Assembly: GCF_031769215.1 (NCBI RefSeq)
Contig: NW_026782569.1
Span: 372,001-436,000 of the forward strand
Direction: 5' to 3'
DNA length: 64,000 nucleotides
Source of the DNA: Ylistrum balloti
Taxonomy: Eukaryota
The first letter of the stretch is position 1; every line of letters begins with the position of its first letter. Under the pieces are notes generated by a model. It had not been told where the DNA came from, did no database searches, and saw only the letters and a list, made by a program, of their open reading frames with translations. Below are positions 54,022-64,000 of the stretch, in pieces. Both the position numbers and the translations under genes were made by a program.

Positions 54022-54425
54022 CTATAATATGCAATATCCATGGAATATGTACCGTAACATAGATAGAATATTTAAGAAGGTACACGTATTCTCAACAGCA
54101 TCATCATGTGCATGGACAAATACCGAAATAGGCACTAGAGTAATGAAATAGAAAACAGTCGATCCTCGAACTCGTATAACCCCAATAACCCTGTTAATTC
54201 GAAGCATTTCGTCGGCTCCTGCAAAATAATCGAACTCACGCAAATCGAATACTTTGTTTTCTCGAAGTTTTTCCGTGGTCCCATCTAGTTCGAGATAACG
54301 TGATTCGTTTGTATAATAAAATAGTTGATGCAAATGTTGCAAAAACTTCTTCTGATCAATATAGACTTTGACCGTATTATCCTGGTTGTCGATGTAGTGC
54401 CTATTTGTATAATGACTATCAACAG
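54022..54425 (-). CDS. Candidate terminal exon (133 codons plus stop) encoding two hydrophobic segments; unidentified
   Basis: Acceptor (T)n-aatctgatgtatatcag| extends ORF 54022-54342 upstream. Reads (A)VDSHYTNRHYIDNQDNTVKVYIDQKKFLQHLHQLFYY...STVFYFITLVPISVFV...FLNILSMLRYIFHGYCIL-stop. Confidence 0.42.
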
Positions 54426-54774
54426 CTGATATACATCAGATTAAAAAAAAAAAAAAAAAACAGCAAAATCAATGCCTATCAAATCGCTGTTTTATCCATA
54501 TATTAAGTGAACCCGTCTCTATGAACAATGCATAACATTCCCCGCAATGTATTATTATATAAAAAAGAAGAAATATTCAACTATTACAACACACATCAAG
54601 TAAGAAAAGCTGAGAACAAAAGATTATGGAGGAAAACATTTGAAAAGAGAAGTTGCAATTCCTAAGGACTAACTTTAATGGCCATTACTATGAGACACAT
54701 CAGAACAGATTAAAATAACATCAACATACAAATTACATTGAACTTCTTTGATGCTCTATCTTGCCTGTTGGTTC

Positions 54775-54900
54775 TGTTGTTGTATACTTTGTTCTCACTG
54801 TCTCATTCTCATGACGTTGCTCATTTGGATTCACAAAATGTATATGGCGGATGTCGTTGATGAAGCAGAAGACGCTTATTCTTTAAGAACATCTGGTCAT
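54775..54900 (+). mobile_element. 3'-segment fragment of the Penelope-like family
   Basis: The reverse complement aligns with 27661-27746: about 70% by eye over the first ~50 nt, plus an exact TGAGAACAAAGTATA. Confidence 0.6.
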
Positions 54901-56088
54901 ATATGTTATTATACTTTTAAGAGTTCTCTGTAGATCTATCGTTTATTCATTACTTGCTCTTGTTTGGTTTAATCTTCAATGGATTATGATTACGCTCAAA
55001 TATCGGTATTCCTTCTTGTAGTTATAGAAGTACATAGATGTATTATATAAGAATAATAACTGAAAAGAGCTCCCCTGAAAAAATAACGTTAGTTTCCTAA
55101 ACTGTATAATGTCCATTTGTGAAACCAGAATTACCGAATACATGTTGAACTACATACGCCATGCAAGTCTCATGCTTGATACGTCAATACGCACCATGGT
55201 GTAATTAACGGTGTTCAGATGTAATTAATAAGATGGCGTCGAGTAGCTATTCCTTGGTCGATCCATGTGTTCGTCTGGAGTAGGCTATTTTCGGCTTCAC
55301 GTATATTCTCGTGCTCGTTTTGGGATTAAGTAGAACATCACAGCTACAGTATGTAGTAGGTATCAGTGATATATATTCTGTCTAATAGTGACATTTAAAA
55401 AAGTGTATTTTGGTAACAGAAAACTAATCAGTAGTGTATATATCGGTTCTTCAGATGATACTGTTACCGACAAATATTCACGGGGGTCTATTTTCAAAAT
55501 GTGCCCTTATCACAGCGATCGTGAAAATTAAATTTATCAATAACGATACTATTATTAGCTCGAAAAATAGCAGGGCAATTCTAATTATCACTTGAAATAA
55601 CAAATTGATGAAAAGAGTGAAGTTTTTATATATATTGATCAAAGAACTTATCAGTTATATTTCAACCAATGTTTTTACACAACGAACACATCAAATATCA
55701 CTAGCATCGATATTTCTACAGGTAAAAATACGACTCAATCGCCTATCGCAACAGTGTGTTCTGTAATCAAGTTTGAACTTCAAACAATTTTTAACATTTT
55801 AATGCGAAATTTTATGTAATCAATTTCTAACTTTCGCATCCAATATATGAGAAAGACATTATCATCAAACGTAGTAGTTTGATGTAAATATTTTTACTTC
55901 ACCAACTGAAGTTCACACCATATCTTAATGATATACAGTTTCCGTGTATGAAAAGGTGAGGTTATTATCGTAAACAAAAAAAATAGTTTTAACACAATAT
56001 ATTGCCTTATCACCTCTGTAACAAAAAAGGCGTATACATCAATATGATATTTTCAGCGAATCGTTTCAACGTTTTTTTCACATTGCAG

Positions 56089-56775
56089 TGCTATATAACA
56101 CGTGGTTTGGGAATGATGGAGACACGACTGGACTGTATAATTTCTCTTACGTCAGGCATTCGTGCATCGTAATTCCGTGATCCAATTAGGCGATGTTTAA
56201 GATATTTGGAAAGATATGGAGTAAACCGATCGACAAATGTCTAATTAAATGTCACACTTCTTGTATCCTTGAGGGATTTTAAAGACCAATTATGCCTGCA
56301 TATAACCTAGAATTGTACAGGTGATTCCGGTCACGAGATAGATTACACGAGCTGATCCTGGAACACGGCAATCCCGTAACAACTAAAGAAATCCTGGCTA
56401 AGCTATGAAGATAGGACGAAAGAAAAAAGGGAATTCTATGGGTTAAGTAAGGCCGACATAGCCTCTAACCTTCTGAATGTATTTACAGAGAGATGTTATC
56501 AGTGCAGATCGATCTTAAATCCTCTTCTTTTAGTCTTGTTAAGGAACCTACGAGAAAACCTGGCACTACATTTAGTCCCTAAATATCACTTCCCGGGAAA
56601 TTATTACGATCTAAAATTCAATTTGGAAGATACAGATCCAAGGCCAACTATCGTATTGTTACAGGTTCATAATAAACATGGTGAGCGATATTCGACCTCC
56701 CCATTTCACTTTACATTCGGAGAAAGCGCTAGTAAATTACTGAAGCGCTATCAGCACTCCGCTCCGCCCGTCTGA
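56089..56775 (+). pseudogene. Unidentified decayed reading frame (~230 codons, 4 stops and 1 frameshift)
   Basis: Frame A reads VLYNTWFGNDGDTTGLYNFSY...FRSRDRLHELILEHGNPVTTKEILAK. Frame B is open from 56380 to 56775: ...YEDRTKEKREFYGLSKADIASNLLNVFTERCYQCRSILNPLLL...RYQHSAPPV. Confidence 0.3.
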
Positions 56776-57722
56776 CTAGATCGGAACACGATGGCCGCGG
56801 AAGAATCAATGTCGGCCTTTTATTTAGAGTGGAGTTTTGAGCGGTTTTAATCAAATCTTTACGAGTGACAAGTTGAATTGGACATGGTAGTACATAATAC
56901 CAGCTATCTTAGTCCGGGTATCTGGCCAGATGTAAGTGGAGCGTATATCGGCAATGGTTGCGCGTGTTATCTTACCAATGAAACCCAAGCGCCCGATAGA
57001 CGAAATACATGCACTTTTCTTGATCGATAAGCACAGTCATGTGACCAATCGACTTACAGGGACATAGCTTAAAACAAGATATCACCTGTCCTTATTTTTT
57101 AGGTGCCTTTGTTTAATTGAATGTACTCCTGGAGTTATGATTAGGTCCCGGGTTATCGAGATATTTGATACGTCAGTAGAAAAAATATAAAGTGATAATA
57201 TTGCCTTTCTACATATAGACAATTTTGGCACGAGTGTCAATATATTTTGAAATTCATTATACGAGTTCAATGATTTGATTTATAAACATTTTAATATACA
57301 TTTTTTTTTTAATTGAATTTTCCAGCTGTAAATTCAATATTACATTGACGCAAGTGGGAATATGTTTCTATTTGTCATATAAACATTTTTTTTCTTCTGA
57401 AAAATAAGTTAATATTTCAAATCAATTTACCATTAAAATAAACATGTTTTGACGCGGACAGTATATTTCTATATTATAGACAAGAAGTGGCTTATTTACG
57501 ACATGGCAATAGTGTTATTACACTTGTGTCTTGGGATACTAATGGCATGACACCACAAGTCAGTTATGTGAGAAAATGTGATTGAAGAAACACCCCCCCC
57601 CCCCCCTTTTTTTTTTTTTTTTTAATCAGGAAACTTGATTTTTCGCCCAGTGAACAGTTAGGATCATTTAAGATGGGGGTCTCTTTGTATAAGTCTATGG
57701 TTACCTGACTGGACAACAAAAG

Positions 57723-57783
57723 AGAGGCCGTCACATGCCACCCAAAGCAGTTATTGGAAGGTGTTTTGCTCAAGGACAGAACC
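57723..57783 (+). mobile_element. Dispersed repeat fragment resembling a Meta-type SINE central domain
   Basis: GGCCGTCACATGCCACCCAAAGC...GTGTTTTGCTCAAGGACAGAAC; aligns with 12556-12615. Confidence 0.4.
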
Positions 57784-57914
57784 ACCACAGCGTCGAGTCG
57801 TGCACCTAGTATGAGCTTAGCGGCGATTGTACACTGTTACATGAATCTATCTGCGGTGGATATGTCATTCTGTCACTGAATCAGTCCCGCATTTTGAAAA
57901 AGCTTTGGGAAGTT

Positions 57915-58290
57915 TCTTTCTCTTGTGAGGCTGAATTTAGCGAAGAGTTTCTCAAATTTGCACTCAAAGACCTTGCGATGTCCCTGTAATTTAGTTTCAT
58001 ATACATCTTTTCATGACAAATGGTAGTAAAAAAAAAAACGTTGACTGACCGTGTCCGTCGTATATACCCATCTGAATTGATAACCAAGGACGCGGCAGTC
58101 TCTCGCACATCAATCACCTCTCTCGATATTTTCTCCCAAAGAATCAACGGGGATGATATTTTTTTACCAAGCTATATGATAAGCATGATGATTTCAACTC
58201 CTTATTGTAAATTGTTTCACTCTAGAGAGAGACATTTCTGCATCCGCAACCTATGGTGTGTACATGTGGCAGCTAAGGATATATTGAGGA
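57915..58290 (+). mobile_element. Decayed Penelope-like retroelement RT fragment
   Basis: Frame-hopping translation: FSCEAEFSEEFLKFALKDLAMSL*FSFIYI / DRVRRIYPSELITKD...SLDIF / TKLYDKHDDFNS / IVNCFTLERDISASATYGVYMWQLRIY. This matches the PLE-type RT motifs YSYEADF..F.FRYIDD..RIYP.EL..KD..TKLYDKRDDFNFPIVNF....AYGVYISQLIRY. Confidence 0.8.
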
Positions 58291-61200
58291 ACTTATCATA
58301 ACATGGTTTTTATGCCTTATGTCGGTAACTGACAGACGAACTACACAGAGTTTTGGGAGATGCAGGTTGATGTTAATATTCTTATACAATAAGAAGTTCT
58401 TAAATGCTCGTTTAAAGTGTGTCCATTTCGGAACATGACAATGCTTATTTGGGTTAAACAAGTTTTTAACGTACCCGTACCCTCTGGAACACATGGCCTT
58501 ATTCTGCTGACACCTTTATGAAGTTCCAGCGTAATTGTTTGTTTGTTTCTATTCTTAGCATACTTTCTCATTGGATATCAGTTTAGATAAAGGTTACATT
58601 TACATATTGGTATTTTCTTTGTTTCTTGTTATCAGGATCTCCCCTGTTTTTGAATTCAGAGGTATTATGGATAATCTGTTTCCTATACCATTCGTTATAT
58701 GTCGTGAGCTTTCCTCAGGGATTTGAACGAAAGAGACATAGTCTAATATAGACCCTTCAACTATGAGTATAGAATTAAGTATAGCGAACATATGGCTAAA
58801 ATGAATTATACCACACCATAAAGCTTTCAAAAACGACATTCTTGGTCTTGTCATTGATGCTTGGGGTCTAAAGTATTGAAATTAGGAGGCAATTGTACAA
58901 TATCATATTTACCCGAAAAAATGTCGTTACTATTCTAGAAATATCTTGAAATTGTCTTATTGTACGTTTTGATAAATTTCCTGTATCCATTATTTGCCAT
59001 CAATGTATCGATTTTTTAAGATAACCTAGTTCCCTATGAGCATAAACATATTGACTTTACATTCAACATATCTTGCAATCGCTATTTTTCGAAGTGTTGT
59101 CAACCACATGTGGTGAGATGTTTTATTAAATTCACTAAAAGATGCTATCAATCCAATATTTACCATCAGTTATGTTTTTTATGCTCGATTGCCTTTTCTA
59201 TTTTTCCAATGCAGAACAAGCTGTGAGATACCAAATTAATTATAATATGTTTTTTTTCTAGAAGATTGAGGCTTTTTTTTTTCTTTAACAGGCAGTGATT
59301 TAGATATCTAAGGCGCTTTGAATCTACACGATGATGGATCTATGTTAAATACTGTGTCTGCGAATTAGGATCTTACAAAAATCTGGTTTTATCCGCAGAC
59401 TTCAAAGTCGAAAGAGTCAACTTTACTAAATATTTTGCTTATTTCTAATATAGGCACGGTTCAGGAGATACATATGCACTTGAAGTTCAAAAATTATATG
59501 AAAATCACAAAATTAATTGAAAAATCCGGTTAGTACAACACTCAATTTAGGTTTTGACGCTTGGTTCGATAACTCGGTCGCCCCATAGGCTTCAAAAATT
59601 AAACCCATTATATCACTGACTCGTCCCGGAAGCACATTTAATTTATTGTTTGAGCCTAAAGTATCAAACTTTAAACCTGTATTAAAAGTTCCTGGTATTA
59701 AGATGTGTGTCTTTTCTACAATATTTGAAAAGGTTCAGCGTTGGCATGCTTTCATTCAGTATTCAATCAATAATATTGAATGTAAAAAGTAAACAAAGAA
59801 TAAAAACAAAAACAAAAACGCAAACTTATTGCATTTCATATGTGATAGGAAACATATCTTGACTTAATTATAATTTCAATTTAAGATTCGGAATTGATAT
59901 CAATAAAACAAAGACACGTTTGGTCGTAATATTTAACCTTTTTCTTCTAATCGCTGGAATGGCAGACAAAGATATTCTCTCTGAAACCTACAATATAGAC
60001 GTATTATTCGGAAGGATTGATGAAGGCTGTCCAAAGATAGCGATGTAAAAATATCAGTAAGGACGATCTAGGGATATATATGTGTCATGTAAATGCTGGC
60101 CTCATTGTAAACAAACAATTCAATTATACCAGCTCACTTCGGTATCAAAAGATAATAAGTTATATCCATTCAGGTTCAATATTCTATTAGCATTTGATGA
60201 CAAGCCTCATAACTTAGAGGTAACTACCATCAAGTATCGAGGGAAGCGTCCTATCTGATGATGTGTGCATGAATTTATATTAACAGTGTATTGACCGTCT
60301 GACGGATATAAACTTAGAAGTGACACTATATCATAGCTATATACATTAGATATATTCATATCTATGTATAAACGGCATATAACATACCATACTGATGAAA
60401 TAGACTTGCATATCTTTTCTAAAAATAGCAAAAATAACCAACATGGATGGAGAAGAATAGGTGTTTCGCGTATATATATATATTCCTTTGAAACTTTTAG
60501 CTTAGCCTTTTTTGTTCGTTATTGTAAAACATATTAAGATATTTCTATTTTCATTTTTATTTCTTAAAGAACAATAAAAAAAAGTTCAGAAATTAGAAGC
60601 GTACTTTTAAATACTGTTTCATTACACACCATTTTGATTGGACATTCCTTAGATTTGCTCGTACCTTGCTTTTTTACCGGTATGTTTTTATCTGCGGTGT
60701 AGTAGATTGTACCACGACTTAATGCGGGAAGGTCATAAAACTCGAGGCATCAATTACATCAGCCACATCTAGGTGATGTTGAAGCGTTGTACAGAAAAAA
60801 AATCGTCTGGTTAATATTGAAAGTTTTTATTTTCACACTGTCACCAATATGGTTTCAGATTTAGGTCATAGAAAACAATTGATGCAATCTGATATCCCAC
60901 TGGAAAAGATTCTATGGGGTTACTTGTACCAGAATTTCTATGTGTACGAAAAATATCCTGTGGTGAGATTTCAGCATAAAGAATTTACAGTGAATTTCCG
61001 GTAGATTTCAAAAACACATGAATTAACATCATAGAAAGTGAAATATGTATTAAGCTTGTGTACATACAAATATGTACTTGACAGCAAGCAAACGACAGTC
61101 GAAGAAATAACACTTCTGAAATAACATAGGCATGTTCTGTACAATGTTCATATACATGCATATAATATATAAAAATATATTCTTTAAATTCCGTGTTACA

Positions 61201-61572
61201 GTCAGAGGTTCGGAAATGAAATAGAAGGGTGCTAATATGTTTGCCTCCATAAAAGGAATGACATTCAGAGAGGAAACTTACTGACGAATTGCCAAGCAGA
61301 TCTATCGATTTGTGGACAAGTGTATTACGGAGTAGTTATTCCGTATGTGAAAAGTCATAATCGATTAAGGAACGAAAACCACTATATTGATGGCATATCT
61401 GTAGTGAGATTTATCATTGTTATCGCAGTCACGCTTATGTACACAATGTGTGGTATGGGAGATTGCAACAACAATAGAAACATACAGCAGAAGATGGGAT
61501 ACATCCATGTAGTCTCAAACGGAAAGAAACATTTCAGACAAAGATTAATATATGTATATGTACATATGAAGG

Positions 61573-61600
<28 letters not shown>
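61573..61600. repeat. (AT)14 microsatellite
   Basis: Read directly from the sequence. Confidence 0.95.
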
Positions 61601-61605
<5 letters not shown>

Positions 61606-63545
61606 CATGTGTCTAACAGAACACAACGCACAAAAAGAAGAGGAAAAAGAAGGAAAAGGTTCAAAGCATTGGAACTTGTGTATTGTGTCCATTTCAGTCT
61701 ATTCCGCCGAGATTATTTCAAAATTGATTTTCTGCACACGGCTGGATTTGTCACTTCAGCCTGCTACGATTGCATGCAATGGGATCCAGCTAATTCTAAA
61801 GCGTCTTTAGAGTTCCCTAAATATATATCTAAGAACTAATCCCGTGTTCAGTTGGGAGCCAAACAGTTTACGCAGCTTGCGGACTGCGTTGTATTTGTCA
61901 GCTAGAGGTAAAACGTCAACCGTCCTTGACTCGATGACTATTGTGGAAATAATCATGAGGAATATTCGAATATGTATCATGGCGATTTTCTACTCCTCAT
62001 GAATTAGCAAAACCATGAAAACAGAAGACACAATCAAATTGGAGATTAATGTCATTGGAACCAGTTTTCCTTCCATGCTGTAATTCATTGATATATGACT
62101 TTTTCATTTTTGTCTTTTATTTTATTTTGTTTTATCTATTTTCCACCTAATTCATTACAAAATCGGTTGCTTGCGAATAAGTGTCATTGCTACGACTTGA
62201 CACCTACAAAATGTAATTAATATAAGGTATTAATGTAAGTCCGTAAGCAAAAGATGGATGGAACCCTATATCAATAATCGTTTGCTGAATTTCTGACTTT
62301 CAACGAATAGGTTTTCTTTTTTTTTAACACAAAAATATAGAACATTCAACGCATCCCGGCTACATCAGTACTGTTTAAAAATATTTCATCCAACAAATAT
62401 GACAAAGTTCCGGAGCTATATAGTTATTTTACGTGTAAGATTTATCGTTATTACTCAGGTATACTGGATGCATTTTTTTATTCAATTACCACGATACAGT
62501 CAACAATACTTAACATTACAATAGAACGACGTTGTAGACATGTCTACTTCAAAACTCCGGGAAAATACCCACCTTGCAAAAGAGCTTTAAACCAAACTCA
62601 AATTTTCAAAATGAGGACAAAAGACAGATGAACAGATAGATATTATGAAAAATGGCAACTTCGAGTGAGGCTACGTGTTTCGGAATAGTAAGCGTTTTTT
62701 TCTACATCGACGGTACCTGACATCATATCATGTGGTTAATGTTTTCAAATATGCTCAAGTAATAATTACAGAGCCGATATTAGGCTATATTTAATTTGCG
62801 TAGACCGAGTATAACGTTTCTCGAAGAGTTTAAATATGATTCCACTTGTTAGATGTCATTCACGTTTTAATTTGGTGTATGGACACGAATAAAATGCTAT
62901 AATCTAATCATTTATTCCTCTATGGAGCAATAATTCTCATTTGTTATTTTTTTTTCATGTTGATACCACATAACATAAAAACAGCAACGATTTGTATCGT
63001 ATCATTTGATTAGTCGATGCGCAGGTGTAAGAGAATATCAAATACGAAGAATGAATATAAATGCCAAAAATATGCAATCTGTGTTCAATTATATAGATTT
63101 AGTTAATATGTTTTATGCTATTCATCCAAAACACAAAGAGCGAGACTCTACGTTTTAGGGAGAAATTGCCTCACGGTATATCTAGAGTACATTTCGTTTA
63201 TTTTGTATATTTACTTATATTTCTGCTTGTGGCTGAATAATTTGAAACGTATTTTATGTGAATCCTTAAATATTCTTGACGTATGCTGTCACTTGAATAT
63301 TTAGAATACAGGAATATCCTCATGGAATCTTCCTTGCATGAAGTAATCGTTTAACCATGCATTTTGCAAATAATTTTCAGTTGTTTAATTAACTGAGTGT
63401 TATTATCATAATGAGGTCATTAATTTTAGTTGTTTAATCAGGTTTTTCTACAGTGATTTTTGCTATGTTGATTTCATGACGTTCATGATGGTCAACCATA
63501 CATCGTGTTGTCTCTGGCAATATGACATTCGCGTGTTTCTATATG

Positions 63546-63565
63546 TCAGTGTTATATAACACTGA
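63546..63565. repeat. Perfect 20-bp palindrome
   Basis: TCAGTGTTATATAACACTGA is its own reverse complement. Confidence 0.9.
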
Positions 63566-64000
63566 TTATGCGATACCGTATTCTGATCCCTTCGCAAATG
63601 ATGCGGCAGTACCACCGAATAATTCGAGCCGCTGCAGAACTGGAGAGATTTCCTATGCTTTTTATCTAACACTTAAAAGAGCTAATCCGATGTGGTGTGC
63701 CAAAAGCTACAATTTGAATATAAACTTCCATTAAATTTTTATTCACTGTTTTTGTTTTAAGAATATTTCTTACCTTCCGTACATGTCTCCATGACTCAAC
63801 ATTTCATATAATCGTGGCTTTTGGGGAGATGTAAAACATTGACAAAAACATTTTAACTCTTAATGTACGCATTAGTCAACCAGATTCCGTTTTGTACACG
63901 CGCGTTATGTGGAATGGTTAGTAAATATTAGCGATGACACAACGATGATATGCAGAATGGCACAGAGTATGATCACTCATAACAATGTGAGAATGGAGAT

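Noticed and set aside
58600-58854. Cadherin-like PEE / NSKTGEI motifs in the 84-aa minus ORF
   Set aside because: Spacing is far too short for a cadherin repeat, and the DxD/LDRE motifs are missing.

Overview
This is AT-rich (roughly one-third GC by eye), gene-poor eukaryotic genomic DNA with a 438-bp assembly gap. The repeat families suggest a marine invertebrate, probably a mollusc or bivalve (inference). There are no prokaryotic operons, CRISPR arrays, rRNA genes or intact tRNA genes, and most listed ORFs look like noise. The standout is a family of minimal hammerhead ribozymes (HHR). It comprises a head-to-tail array of five 45-bp units at 609-826 (- strand), each unit being nothing but a hammerhead, and two solo copies at 31640-31680 (-) and 38441-38490 (+). 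All share the CUGACGA core, the GAAA motif, a palindromic helix III (ACAGCUGU, one base deleted in the 31640 copy) and a GUA cleavage triplet. The window also holds two decayed Penelope-like RT fragments plus two shorter 3'-end fragments of the same family, and several tRNA-derived or Meta-like SINE pieces. An ~8.3-kb 32-bp satellite shows two higher-order repeat layers (19-mer, 607 bp; 7-mer, 224 bp) and diverged edges. Other features are 47-bp and 85/91-bp minisatellites, a co-oriented cluster of CTCF-like motifs, and several unidentified candidate exons or decayed ORFs. All gene calls are low confidence.
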